A stretch of DNA of 64,000 nucleotides, from the NCBI RefSeq assembly GCF_001194135.2, contig NC_068984.1:45278197-45342196 (forward strand). The letters run 5' to 3'. The DNA is from Octopus bimaculoides. Taxonomy: Eukaryota. This document shows positions 23,879 through 37,540 of this stretch, piece after piece. Made by a program: the position numbers and the translations under genes. Numbering within the stretch: the first letter of the stretch is position 1; each line of letters opens with the position of its first letter. The notes beneath the pieces were generated by a model, which saw nothing but the letters and a program-made list of their open reading frames with translations, had not been told where the DNA came from and did no database searches.

Positions 23879-24358
23879 GGCGTAGGAGTGGCTGTGTGGT
23901 AAGTAGCTCGCTTACCAACCACATGGTCCTGGGTTCAGTCCCACTGCGTGGCACCTTGGGCAAGTGTCTTCTACTATAGCCTCGGGCCGACCAAAGCCTT
24001 GTGAGTGGATTTGGTAGACGGAAACTGAAAGAAGCCCGCCGTATATAAGTATGTGTGTGTGTGTGTGTGTGTGTGTGTNNNNNNNNNNNNNNNNNNNNNN
24101 NNNNNNNNNNNNNNNNNNNNNNNNNNNNNNNNNNNNNNNNNNTGTGTGCCTGTGTTTGTCCGCCAACATCGCTTGACAACCGATGCTGGTGTGTTTAGTT
24201 CCCCGTAACGTAGCTGTTCGGCAAAACTGACCGATAGAATAAGTACTAAGCTTACAACGAATAAGTCCTGGGGTCGATTTGTTCGACTAAAGGCGATGCT
24301 CCAGCATGGCCGCAGTCAAATGACTGAAACAAATAAAAGAGTAAAAGAGTAAGGAGTA
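23879..24358 (+). mobile_element. SINE family B, best-preserved copy (tRNA head, CORE-like/central domain, internal (TG)n, 3' half)
   Basis: GGCGTAGGAGTGGCTGTGTGGTAAG...GGGTTCAGTCCC; GGCACCTTGGGCAAGTGTCTTC; GTGAGTGGATTTGGTAGACGGAAACTGAAAGAAGCC; tail (GAGTAAAA)n. Confidence 0.9.
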
Positions 24359-25153
24359 TATCCGGGGCAGTAAATATACACGCATTTTCTTTAAATGGAT
24401 ATGATCACAAATATGCACACACACACACACGCACACACACACACACACACACACAACGCGCATGCGTTAATTCAGTGAGTTAGTTATTCAGGTATTCGGG
24501 CAACTGCATGCTCATACGCTAAAACCGAAAGAACAGGTCATCACCGGTATCAGTGCATTTACCATGATTAGCCCTAGTTATCATTGTTCCTTTTCTTCTT
24601 TCCAAAATTCTAAATACTCCTTCGCGGTTAACATCCAACCCAACCCAAGATTGCAGCCTGGTGGAAGAAATGAGCTTGTGGAGGAATCATGCGAAGACTC
24701 AGCATAACAAATCTTGCAAATGTCGCGACTTGCAAATATCACATGCCTCCGTTGGGAGGACATCCGAAGCACTGACTTACATACTTAGCCATACATCTCT
24801 TCTATGTTCTCTATCCTGAGCTAACAACAACTTCGTTAGCAATATCTGTCGCAAGGGTGAGGACCATAGTCCAAAAGAGAACCTTACATTTGGGTCAGTA
24901 AGCAAACTAAGAATGAGAATGTGTACAAGCGTGATATAAAAATAGCCAACATCAATTAACGAAGTAGAATACGTACGTTGTTATTTTTATGTAATAATGT
25001 AAATATTCTATTACGTATTCTATTTTATTTAATTCCGTTTCATTTCCTTGGAAAATCTGAAGACCTGTATCTGTACAAAAATAATACCCCCCATTTCTTC
25101 TGACTAGCCTTAATATCAATTACCAATACACCATTCAGAACATTACCAAAGAC

Positions 25154-25192
<39 letters not shown>

Positions 25193-25500
25193 CACACACA
25201 CATACATATGTATGTATGTATGTATGTATATGTGATTATGTATGTATGTATGTATGTATGTATATCTGGACTTAAAAGACATACGCTAGTTCACAAAAGG
25301 AATCCTTCAGAATCAGATTCCAAAAGGCAAAGATATAGAAGAAACTTAAAATAATATCTGTCACTTGTGTTTTAAACCATGTCAGTCAGCAGCTAGTCTT
25401 AAGAGTTATCTAATGGCTCATCAACGGAATGATTGTACTGTATGATGGGGTGTGGTGTGTGTGTTGATGGGACGGCTATCATCTCTCAAGATGAAGCAAT

Positions 25501-25537
<37 letters not shown>

Positions 25538-25732
25538 CAATACGGAGCAAAAAATTCAGGAGAAATATATTTTCGAAGATATCATTAATTCTGTTATTAT
25601 CTAGTGCAACAATTAAAAATGATGATAACAGAATCAATGATATGGGCGATTACAAGCTTCAAAAAGCATTAAATAGCTGAAGGATTAAAATTAATCAAAG
25701 GACGTACCAAGTATTTCTACCTGCTGGATCAT

Positions 25733-25849
25733 CATCGGATACCACCAGCAACCGCCTTCAGAGAAGACCATTCAATCTTTAATCTCCATTCTGTTAACAC
25801 CTCAAATGTAAAATTCTTCCTTGCAGGCGGAGGCTGGTGGTATCCGATG
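25733..25849. repeat. GC-rich 25-bp inverted repeat with 67-bp spacer
   Basis: CATCGGATACCACCAGCAACCGCCT / AGGCGGAGGCTGGTGGTATCCGATG (2 mismatches). Confidence 0.8.
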
Positions 25850-26944
25850 GTAGAATCAAGTTACAAGCATTATTTTAGACCACCAAGCCCCCAGAAACAG
25901 CTGTTGAACTCGTAAAACTCCTACTCAACCCCCTTAATTCCTGATATCATTTCCATTCTGTGTAAGTCGTACTTCTTTTATATGTATACATAAGTACATT
26001 CTTTGTATTAAATGTATTTAACATTTTTCTTTTGTATATCAACTTTCCTAACTTGCTTGTCCTTACATTTACTCCTCTATCTGCTCAAGTTCAAATCTCT
26101 TGAGCACTACGAAGTGTACTCTATATAGAGAGTACCTGTCTCTAATCAATAAACCATATGTATGTGTGTGTATGCATGTATGTATGTATGTATGTATGTA
26201 TAGATAGATAGATAGATAGATAGATCGATATTATAATGCGTTGGTGTTATATTGTTGTCATAGCATTACCGTTAACGTAATCATTATTGTTACAAGTAGC
26301 CCTGGAGGACCATAAAAAATCAATTGAAATATGAGCTCCAACTATTCTGATACACTGCAATGCATTCAAGTAGCTCTAATATAGTTATTTCAGCATGCAC
26401 CCACCCAGCAAACGTCATGTAAAAGCCACTTGACTCGCATTCTAAATTTCCAATAACACAAATCTCATATTAGGTTCTTCCATCTCTTACTACGTTAAGA
26501 TAACTTGTTATTGTGACAACATCATCACCATCATCATGATCATCGATAACAATAACAACAACAATAGCAGTAACATAATAGTTGTTAAAATTTTTATATC
26601 AATAAATGCACTATTAAAAAGCATCCGAGTCTTCCCACTCTAAACTATGGTTGCCATACAAATTATTATCTAGCGACTTTTGAGTTTTGTGCAACGTTGG
26701 AGTTGGTTTAAAAGCATTTTATCAATTGATTTCAAGTGTTTTATGAAAATTGTCCATCATTAGCCTTGTCTTTCTCGTGTCAGTTACAAGTTGTGGGTGT
26801 GTCCGTTCCACCGAAGTGAACGAATAACGCACTTGTTTCTCGTGCTTTCTGGAACAACGTCCGTGAGCACACCAAACTATGAAATACAATATATGAATGA
26901 AAACATTTCGCTAAAGCGGTTGACGTGTCTGTAATAAAATAAAA

Positions 26945-27157
26945 GGCAGTAAGCTGGCAGAATCATTACCATGCCGGGCACAATGCTTCACGGCATTTCG
27001 TCCGTTTTTATGCTCTGAGTTCAAATTCTGCCGAGGAGTCGACTTTGTCTTTCATCCTACCGGATCGATAAAATAAGTACCTGGTGAACACTGGGGATGG
27101 TGTAGTCGATTTACTCTAGCCTCCAAAATAACTGGCCTTGTACCAAAATTTGAAACC
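26945..27157 (+). mobile_element. SINE family A
   Basis: Head, body and GGCCTTGTACCAAAATTTGAAACC tail. Confidence 0.8.
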
Positions 27158-27163
27158 GAAATA

Positions 27164-27430
27164 TCTTCTATATAATAAAGCTCAACGTCTGTGTGTCTGT
27201 ACATCTATAGGGTGAAAGGGAATAGAAGATACATAAAAACGAAGTATGTGTTCTCATGTAAAATTTTACGAGAAAGACGATGAGGTACATAAAGTTTACT
27301 TTCCATTGCGATTAGGGGGCTTAAAGGGGGGGGGGGGGAAACACCCCCTGTGAAATTTCACATACTTCCGATTTCAATGAAAATAACAACATAACTATGG
27401 GGTACTAAATAAAGACGATTTCCAAAATTT
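27164..27430 (+). mobile_element. Putative non-autonomous Helitron 5' portion
   Basis: A|TCTTCTATATAATAAAG...GTCTGTGTGTCTGT start and internal CCGATTTCAATGAAA motif typical of Helitron-derived MITEs; 3' end not seen. Confidence 0.45.
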
Positions 27431-27439
27431 GACCATCTT

Positions 27440-28275
27440 GCAATATTATTTAACCCTCTTAATGGCGTTTATAACACGGGAGAGAGACCCTTTGATAGTA
27501 CATTGCGGTTTCCCTTTGGACAGAGGCTCACTTGACAGGTCTTTCGTAGCTCGCTTCCTTCGAGAAGTAGGTAAAGAGTTGCAAAATAAGATCTCTTTTG
27601 CCTTTCTAAACCTTACAAACGCCTTAGACACTATTAATAAAAACAAGCTATGAAAATTACTAAAAGCGTTTGGATGTCCTCCGACCTTCATCGCAATACT
27701 GGAATGTTTTTGCGAAGGTATAGCAGTGAATGCTAGACACTTTACAGACGACATATGAAACAACTTGAAGCTTTTTCATGTTTGTTGCCTTCAAAAGATC
27801 CTTGGCATCTCTTAGGAACAAAGGATTCCCCCTTCACAACATCCTTCTACATGCAGCAAAAATAATGAATGCATTATCAACCATCGTCTGATGCACTGTG
27901 CCGGCCTAAAAATCGCCTTCCGAAAATTATTCTGTATTGAGAACTTAAAGGTGGAGATCGCTCTATAGTGCTCCCTACCACACTCCACACCTCAAAAAGA
28001 TACAGAGATCATTTGAAGAAAATTCTCCCAGTTTGCATCATTCCATTCGCCTAGCTTCGAGATCTCTCAAAAGACAGAAAGACTTGGCGAGCACTTGTGA
28101 CGAAGGAGTTAAAGTCTTTGAGCAACGTCTAAACTTCCATTTCGAGGAAAAATGAAAACGTTGGCATGAACCCCCAAAATCAACCAACACAACCTAGATA
28201 TTTACCCTGCCCTATCCGCCGCAGAAATATGGATCCAGAATTGGACTCAACAAGCATCTATCAGCTCCCTAAAGA
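27440..28275 (+). pseudogene. RTE (BovB-like) LINE ORF fragment with large internal deletion
   Basis: HCGFPLDRGSLDRSFVARFLRE..KELQNKISFAFLNLTNALDTINKNKL*KLLKAFGCPPTFIAIL (RT 2-3) joined to YRRHMKQLEAFH..CLQKILGI, RYRDHLKK, DRKTWRALV, SRIGLNKH. Confidence 0.85.
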
Positions 28276-28433
28276 AGAGAAAGTGGAAGAAAAAGAAAAA
28301 TGGTAAAAGAGAAAGAGCTTGCTTCAAAATGAAGTATTTTTATAATTATGCTGTTCCAGTAAATACTGCCCAAACAGTATGGTCTCAGGGATCTGAGTGC
28401 CAAAGTGTGTTTGTGTCGTGCAAGAGAGAGAGA

Positions 28434-28521
<88 letters not shown>

Positions 28522-29253
28522 GAAAGGGAGGGAGAGAGGGAGAGAAAGGGGTGAGAGAGGGAGAGAAAGGGAGGGAGAGTGGGAGAGAGAGAATTAATGT
28601 GAGATAGAGACAGAAAAGGTGAGCTGACCACTCTATTACAACTGTTAGTTTGTCAACAGCTCTTTCATTGAATCCTTGCACTTTACCCTAGATGGTGGGA
28701 ATTGTGCCCTGGAAATTTTTCTTTGTGTATTATCACGGAATAATATCGCATTTGTGTGCAAATTTTGGAAAACATTCGTTAAGACATGGTGAACTTGTTT
28801 CAAAACAAATTGACAAACATCAGCGCTTATATATATATATAGGTCTGCATACATAAGCATAACTCAACAGACGCCCTGACACCGTTTGAATTCGCCTCCC
28901 TTGTGACAATTATTAGGTCCAGTGTAAGTTCTATGACCAAAGTACAATGGGCCACACACTATGTAAACCTCCTACGTAACAAAACAAGGTTGTGTTTTTT
29001 TTCTCTACCGAACGTATACATTCGCATGTTCACAGACGCTGATTTCAGCATATAAGAGGAGGATATCTGTAATTAAATTCAATCGCACGTCTATTCACAC
29101 ACGTACGCATTGTACACTTATACACAAAGACTTATACTCGCACGTGAAGGAAGTCAAACAGATTCACATACACAGAAACGCATATATAAAGAGAGAATAC
29201 TAAGATTGAGAGATGGATGGATGGATGGATGGATATGTTCATGTATGTATATA

Positions 29254-29470
29254 CGAGGGGGTGCTGAAAAGTTCCTCGCTTTAATGATATCGTGAAAGGC
29301 CTGGCTGGAGGCCCAACCTTCCGAGTTATTTTACAGGGCTTAGAAAAACTGAAGGACCGCTGTTATAAGTGTGCGAATCTAAGAGGGGAATATGTTGAAT
29401 AAAATCCTAGTTAACTAATCCTCCTGTATGCTCTTTTACCCACAGCCAGGAACTTTTCAGCACACCTTTG
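29254..29470 (+). mobile_element. Mariner internal-deletion MITE, 217 bp, TA TSD
   Basis: TIR CGAGGGGGTGCTGAAAAGTTCCT / AGGAACTTTTCAGCACACCTTTG; internal GLEKLKDRCYKCANLRGEYVE* matches the mariner transposase C-terminus. Confidence 0.85.
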
Positions 29471-29935
29471 TATTTATGTGTAAGTGTGCATNNNNNNNNN
29501 NNNNNNNNNNNNNNNNNNNNNNNNNNNNNNNNNNNNNNNNNNNNNNNNNNNNNNNNNNNNNNNNNNNNNNNNNNNNNNNNNNNNNNNNNNNNNNNNNNNN
29601 NNNNNNNNNNNNNNNNNNNNNNNNNNNNNNNNNNNNNNNNNNNNNNNNNNNNNNNNNNNNNNNNNNNNNNNNNNNNNNNNNNNNNNNNNNNNNNNNNNNN
29701 NNNNNNNNNNNNNNNNNNNNNNNNNNNNNNNNNNNNNNNNNNNNNNNNNNNNNNNNNNNNNNNNNNNNNNNNNNNNNNNNNNNNNNNNNNNNNNNNNNNN
29801 NNNNNNNNNNNNNNNNNNNNNNNNNNNNNNNNNNNNNNNNNNNNNNNAATGGCTTATAAACACCTTCCACGCTGCAAATGTTTTTGTTTCAGCACACGAT
29901 CTCAGATCAAGTCACTTGCTATCCATGTACATCTC

Positions 29936-30006
<71 letters not shown>

Positions 30007-30109
30007 TATATATATATATTTATATATATACATTCTTCTTAACTGATGATGCCTATTATACATACATACATACGTGTGTGTGTGTATGTACGTGATACAG
30101 GGTTTGTGA

Positions 30110-30565
30110 AGTCTTGGTAGAATACCAATCCTATGTAGTTACTGAATAGCCTTATTACGTGGTCAAAATATTTCAGTCTCTTCCTTCTTATTTCCTCAGC
30201 TTTGATGTGTCATATGAAGACATTTTCTTATGGAAGTGTATCTATGCACGTATTGTAATGATTCCCTTAGTAAAACTGCATTCCAAAAGTTTCTAGTCTA
30301 CAAGGGTCATATACAGACTAAACTCCAGTCGCTAGCTGATATGCTGCCTATTCAGAATTGGGTTTATTTAGTATTCCAAACACTGCAAGATGCCAATGCT
30401 ACCTGTCTTCTCTTCTAATATATTTGTTTCTACTGTACCGCCAAGGAACACAAATTCCGAGACGTATTCTACGTCGGAAACATCCGACGCTACCAATTTT
30501 TTTTTGCAAGGTGACAGGATCTTGTATTTCATGTCATTTATTTTCATACCCCATTTTTTCACATG
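30110..30565 (-). pseudogene. Decayed RTE LINE RT C-terminal fragment
   Basis: WGMKINDMKYKIL...VEYVSEFVFLGG (GLKIN..KTK; VEEFVYLGS) and KRLKYFDHVIR (RRL.WFGHV.R). Confidence 0.6.
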
Positions 30566-31194
30566 TTTCGTATAACTGATTTAATGGGTGCTTTCTGCAA
30601 CGGCATATCTAGACTATGAGCCGCCAGAGGCAACCCTTCAGTTTTCTCCTCCTCATCCCCACGCCTCCTATAAAAGCTTATACAGCAGATCCAAAACTGC
30701 CGCCTTCATAAAAATGTCGACCAAGATGGACCGTCCCATCACCCCCAACTCACATATGCGCTACTGACTTCTTCCAGTTTATCAAAAATTGTGAATGTTA
30801 GGGTTTTGTTGTCAGTATCTCTATGTCTAAGGACAAGTCGTCTATAAATGCCAGATTTGTATGTAAGTTTCTGAGTTCTCCCATGATTTCAGTAAGATAC
30901 TGGAAACAGTGGAGGGCAGCCTAAAATTCTGTCTCAGATCTACGTACAGTCAACTAACCAAACATGAATGCTACATTCTCGATATAATTTGCATTATTTG
31001 GGAGATTTAAGCTTATTGCTGGTATCCTTCCTCCAGGTGAGGTGGACCTACATGAATGTACAAAGGCCAGCTCTCTCAACAACAGTAGGCAGAGCATGCG
31101 ACTGAAGAAGGTGGTAGGGATCTAACTGAAGAAGGTGGTAGGAATCTAGTTAGCAAACGAAAGTGTCTGGAGAGGACTGAGCAACGAATAGAAG

Positions 31195-31225
<31 letters not shown>

Positions 31226-31244
31226 GACAGACAGACAGACAGGC

Positions 31245-31300
<56 letters not shown>

Positions 31301-31455
31301 GGATAGATAGATAGATAGAAAAAGAGAGAGACAGAGAGAAACAGAGAGAGGCAGAGAGACAGAGAGAGGCAGAGAGACAGAGAGAGGCAGAGAGGCAGAG
31401 AGAGGCAGAGAGACAGAGAGAGACAGAGAGAGGCAGAGAGACAGAGAGAGAAATG
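31195..31455. repeat. Compound microsatellite (TATC)n(AGAC)n(GATA)n plus GA-rich degenerate repeat
   Basis: Directly visible. Representative of many SSR tracts, e.g. (TAGA)n 8870-8960, (ATT)18 13407-13460, (GA)n 28425-28590, (AAT)n 32346-32400, (ATAC)n 34440-34560 and 36010-36246, (TA)n 58105-58175. Confidence 0.95.
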
Positions 31456-31623
31456 CATAGTGCATCCCGGACTAAATTATTCAATGTGTTCCTTTTTTTA
31501 TACGACAGAAGGGTTAGATGTGAGACGGATTTGGCAGTTCTATCTAGTGGAATGAGTGACCACATAGAGGCGTCTTCGTTAACGCAATTTATCGATTTAT
31601 TATATATGCAGTATACACGCACA

Positions 31624-31680
<57 letters not shown>

Positions 31681-32127
31681 GGTGTGTGTGTGATTGTATG
31701 TATATGTGTGAGTGTGAGTTTGTATAAGACAAAAATACTTTTATTCTTCTAACGACTAAAGTCGGTTAGCTGACCTTTTTATATTCAGTAGTATCCCGGA
31801 ATGAGTGATCAATAATACTCATTAGCTTTTGCAAGCGACATAAAGGTCTTCTAAAAAAGCTTAAAAGGAAAGTACTTTGTACGCACGCGCGCATGTGCTC
31901 GTGCATGAGCCAGATAATCCATTACGTTACATATACAGTTTCATGATAAACATCTTCGATCTGAAAACAATCATCGGACCCTTGGATGACGTCAACTAAA
32001 CAATGCATAAATCGATATTCATGGAGAAGCTGAAAATTATGAAAATTTAAACAGCCTTATTTATAACAGCTTTTTTTATACATGCACGCAACTTGGAAAC
32101 TTTTTTGTATTTAGTGCAGGATCTGTT

Positions 32128-32330
32128 TACTCATCTATTTGTTTCAGTCATTTGACTGCGGCCATACTAGAGCACCACCTTTAGTCGAACAAATCGACCC
32201 CAGGACTTATTCTTTGTAAGCCTAGTACTTATTTTATGGGTTCTCTTGTGCCGAACCGCTAAGTACGGGGACACAAACACACCAACATCAGTTGTCAAGC
32301 GATGGAGGGGGACAAACACAGACACACAAA
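32128..32330 (-). mobile_element. SINE family B, 3' half
   Basis: GTTTCAGTCATTTGACTGCGGCCATACTAGAGCACC...CCGAACCGCTAAGT. Confidence 0.8.
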
Positions 32331-32338
32331 CATATGCA

Positions 32339-32402
<64 letters not shown>

Positions 32403-34264
32403 TAGGGTTAGAGTAATTAATTAATCAATCAATTAATTAATTAATTAATAATTAATAATTTTACCAAGTAGTCAGTACGNNNNNNNNNNNNNNNNNNNNN
32501 NNNNNNNNNNNNNNNNNNNNNNNNNNNNNNNNNNNNNNNNNNNNNNNNNNNNNNNNNNNNNNNNNNNNNNNNNNNNNNNNNNNNNNNNNNNNNNNNNNNN
32601 NNNNNNNNNNNNNNNNNNNNNNNNNNNNNNNNNNNNNNNNNNNNNNNNNNNNNNNNNNNNNNNNNNNNNNNNNNNNNNNNNNNNNNNNNNNNNNNNNNNN
32701 NNNNNNNNNNNNNNNNNNNNNNNNNNNNNNNNNNNNNNNNNNNNNNNNNNNNNNNNNNNNNNNNNNNNNNNNNNNNNNNNNNNNNNNNNNNNNNNNNNNN
32801 NNNNNNNNNNNNNNNNNNNNNNNNNNNNNNNNNNNNNNNNNNNNNNNNNNNNNNNNNNNNNNNNNNNNNNNNNNNNNNNTATATATATATATATATATAT
32901 ATTTAATGCGCACATACATACACGTACGTACGCTCGCACACACACACACACATATATATCGAGAGAGAGTGAGAAATCGAAACATGACTTGCTTTTACCA
33001 GTTGGCTTTAAAGACAAAATTCACTTCCATATTTGCATCACTTTCATTCTAAAGAAAATTTCAATTGGCTGATATTATTGGAGTTATCTTCCTTTGTAGA
33101 TTTTAAAAACCGCTAGAGTTGTGGGTTACAATCAAGTTAGACATACATTGAGAAAAGAACCATCTAATCTGGATCGGCTTGATAATAGTTTGTAATACTG
33201 GGACTTATATTAAAGTTCTCGTGCGTGAGCCTGATAATCCATTACGTTACATATACATCATTAAATAAACTTTTAGTTCCATAAAGGTGTTTTAATCTCA
33301 TTAATGTTACTACAACTTTTTCTTCTCGTGCATACAAAGGTATATTTTTAAGAGTATATTTTAAGCGTGTTTTGTACAAGACCGTGGCATTTGGAAAGGA
33401 GAGAGCAAAGATACAGGCCATCCACCATAGTTTCTGTGGTTGTCGTTGTTGCTGTTATTGTTGTTTGTTGTGGTCGTTATTGAAATCATTGCTATTTTTC
33501 CTGCAGAATCATGCATTTTTCTGGCGAATCTATATCTCATATTGTTTCTCATAAACTTTGTAACACACTTACCGTTTCAGGGATTTCGACGCACAATATC
33601 TTCCGTCGTTCTCTAACAGCATTTGCACAAACAAAGAAAATATTTCTGTGTCGAAATTTCATCGTTCGGCTGTTATTCTAGCTGTAATCATCGTGCTTTT
33701 TCTTTTCTTTATTCTCATATAATATTCAGTCCTAATTTTTCCTGTATATTTAAACGTCTTCTAAATGGTAGTGTTGTGCATGAAAAGGATAGACAGGTAA
33801 TTTCTTGTAAACTAGATATAACGTGGAGCTTTCTTCTTCGTTAGCTCGATGATTTAATATTCCGTTGTTACTTCGTACTTAGATTAAGTCTGGCTTAATG
33901 GTCGGAATAATTGCAGCATAAGTACACGCGCAAGCACACACACACACACATACACGCACACAAACGAGAAATACATAGAATGTGGTGGCTGTGATGTTAA
34001 ATCCTATATAATGTATATAAGGATGAATGAGGAAATATATGCAGCCACATTACCGGCATGTTCTAATATATAATGAAAATTAATGTAATGCGATGATGGC
34101 TTTATGTGAAACACGTGTGCGCATATTTGTTGACTAAATTTTTCTCAATTTCATCCACTGCTTAGCTTCCCAGCCATTTGCATTTATACGCACACAAGCG
34201 CATAGACACACACACACACACACACACACATACACACACACATACATGCACAGACACACACACG

Positions 34265-34307
<43 letters not shown>

Positions 34308-34528
34308 GACATGCATCTAATCCCGGCACAGAAATTTCTTTTCATTCTCTCTTTCTCTTTCTCTCTCTCCCCCGCTTTCTCTCACTCTCTCTCTCTCTCT
34401 GTATATGCATATATGTCTGTGTGTGTATACACACACACATACATACATAGATACATACATGTGTCAAATACATACATACATACACACATACACACATACA
34501 TACATACATACATACATACATACATACA

Positions 34529-34560
<32 letters not shown>

Positions 34561-34562
<2 letters not shown>

Positions 34563-34725
34563 CGACGGGCTTCTTACAGTTTCTGTCTACCAAATCCACT
34601 CACAAGACTTTGGTCGACCCGAGGTTATAGTAAAAGGCACTTGCCCATGGTGCCAGGCAGTGGGACTGAACTCGGAACTATATGGTTCGGAAGTGAGCTT
34701 CATACCACACAGCCACTCCTGCGCC
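34561..34725 (-). mobile_element. SINE family B, 5' half
   Basis: ACGACGGGCTTCTTACAGTTTCTGTCTACCAAATCCACTCAC...CACACAGCCACTCCTGCGCC. Confidence 0.85.
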
Positions 34726-36808
34726 TTTATACGAATATATACATATATATATATACATATATATATATATACATATATATATGTACACATATACATGAAT
34801 ATATGTGTATATATATACATATATAATATATATATATTTATATATACATATATATATACATATATATACACATATATATGCATATACATATACATTTATA
34901 TGTGTGTGTACATATATATACATATATGTGTGTGTGCATAAATATACATATATATATGTATGTGTGTGTGTGTGTGCGTATATATATATATATATACATA
35001 CATGCATATATGCATACATACACACACATACATACTTACATACAGACATACGTACATTCATATGAAGCACGCACATACACACATGCACACATACGCTCGG
35101 TAAGTATTCCTGACCTCATTCTGACATGTCTCTGTATCCGCGACCATGCTGGATGCCAGATTTCGATAGAAAATCTTATCCCTTCCTACCCGCCACTGTC
35201 ACACCTCCATTGATATCCACCTCCAACAACTACTTGAGTAATTAACGCGCTTCCATTCTTATCACGTCTCTCGTTCTCTTCCTGCCTGAATCTTAAATCC
35301 TTTAAACAAAAATTACTCCATACGATACCTTTTTAATTGTCAAACATATTCTCCATACTTCCTCATCGTGTGTGCGAATGTGTTAGTGCGTGCGTGTGTG
35401 TGTTAGTGTGTGTATGTGTGTGTGTGTGTTACCTATACATGTTTCAAGGACATATACAAATATGTAGGTATGTATCTACGTTTGTTTGCATGTATGCTCG
35501 TACTTACGTACGTACGTACGTACGTATGTATGTAAGTATGTATGAAGGTGTATATATATATANNNNNNNNNNNNNNNNNNNNNNNNNNNNNNNNNNNNNN
35601 NNNNNNNNNNNNNNNNNNNNNNNNNNNNNNNNNNNNNNNNNNNNNNNNNNNNNNNNNNNNNNNNNNNNNNNNNNNNNNNNNNNNNNNNNNNNNNNNNNNN
35701 NNNNNNNNNNNNNNNNNNNNNNNNNNNNNNNNNNNNNNNNNNNNNNNNNNNNNNNNNNNNNNNNNNNNNNNNNNNNNNNNNNNNNNNNNNNNNNNNNNNN
35801 NNNNNNNNNNNNNNNNNNNNNNNNNNNNNNNNNNNNNNNNNNNNNNNNNNNNNNNNNNNNNNNNNNNNNNNNNNNNNNNNNNNNNNNNNNNNNNNNNNNN
35901 NNNNNNNNNNNNNNNNNNNNNNNNNNNNNNNNNATACCCACATGTACATACATACGTATAACCATACGCACGCACACATACATGCACACATCCATCCCTC
36001 CATCCATAGATACATACATACATACATACATACATACATACATACATGTATTCATACATACACACATACACACACATACATACATGTATTCATACGTACG
36101 TACATACATACATACATACATACATAAATATATTCGTACATACTTGCATACATCCATTATACTCACATGCATTCATTCATGCATAGATGCATACGTACAT
36201 ACGTACGTACATACATACATACATACATACATACATACATACATACATTAATTTTTACTGCTTCCAATCAGTTTGTAATGACTATGTACCTAGCCCATGC
36301 AAAAACCTTGTTTTTGCGGGAGTTTTTTTCAGAATGTTGTAACATGAATACCAAATTATTGCGGTGCCTAATCATAGACCGAGAAGGAAAGCAAAACTTT
36401 AGGTACCATATTTTCGCTCAGTTCAGTGATTTGCAAACACTTAATGCCAACTTTTTGTGACACTACTTAAAAGAGATTTCATAAATGAATAATGCATATC
36501 CCATCACGTTTCGTCGTTCGTAGGAGAATAGGCTTAAAGTTTTCAATCTTTTCCAGTAGTTCAGTTACTACATAGAGCCATTCATTTTTATTCTATACTT
36601 TTATTTTATTTTATTTATTGATAGAACCGTTAGATTGATTTCAACTTCATAGCAGGCTTACCACTATTTGGCGACCTTGGCTGAAGGTAATAAACCAAAG
36701 CCTGAGAACAAGTACCGTCTACAGAGCCAACGTGATTTCTTTTTCTCCTGTGCTAAATGTTCTCAAGACCCGTCTTTCCAGTCGTTTGCACACAGTTACT
36801 ATTTTAAC

Positions 36809-37192
36809 GTGGAGGCGCAATGGCCCAGTGGTTAGGGCTGCGGACTCGGTGTCATAGGATCGCGGTTTCGATTCCCAGACCAGGCGTTGTGAATGTTTAT
36901 TGAGCTAAAACACCTAAAGCTCCACTAGGCTCCGGCAGGGTATGGAGGCGAACCCTGCTGTACTCTTTCACCACAACTTTCTCTCACTCTTACTTCCTGT
37001 TTCTGTTGTGCCTGTAATTCAAAGGGTCAGCCTTGTCACACTGTGTCACGCTGAATATCTCCGAGAACTACGTTAAGGGTACACGTGTCTGTGGAGTGCT
37101 CAGCCACTTGCACGTTAATTTCACGAGCAAGCTGTTCCGTTGATCGGATCAACTGGAACCCTCAACGTCGTAAGCGACAGAGTACCAACAAC
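36809..37192 (+). mobile_element. SINE family C, copy 2
   Basis: Collinear with copy 1 over about 385 bp; TSD imperfect. Confidence 0.9.
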
Positions 37193-37344
37193 CATTTTAG
37201 CAACGTGCACAGGAAATGATGTTTCATTATTCATCATAATTCCCAGGTTTTGCACACATTGGAAATGTGAGACTGCACTCTTTCCTCACCTTGTGTATTC
37301 GGGATGCAATGTTTTAAAGAGATGAAAGTGGTTAGAAATTTATT

Positions 37345-37540
37345 AATTTCAAATTTTGGGGAAGGGCTAAGTCTATTCTATCAATACCAGTGCTCTACTG
37401 GTACTTATTTTATCAACTTTGAAAGGATGAAAGGATGAAAGGCAAAGTCGACCTCGGCAGATTTTGAACTCGGAATATAAAGACGAACGAAATGCAGCTA
37501 AGCATTTTGCCCGGCGTTCTAACGATTCTGTCAGTTCGCA
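37345..37540 (-). mobile_element. SINE family A
   Basis: GGCAAAGTCGACCTCGGC..TTTGAACTC...GCATTTTGCCCGGCGTTCTAACGATTCTG. Confidence 0.75.

Noticed and set aside
26100-26155. Possible decayed hammerhead (CTACGAAG...GTACTCT/AGAGTAC hairpin)
   Set aside because: Both CUGANGA and GAAA are broken; too degenerate to call.
31897-33258. ~40-bp direct repeat (31897-31940 and 33218-33258)
   Set aside because: Too short and diverged to define an element; no LTR or TSD features between the copies.
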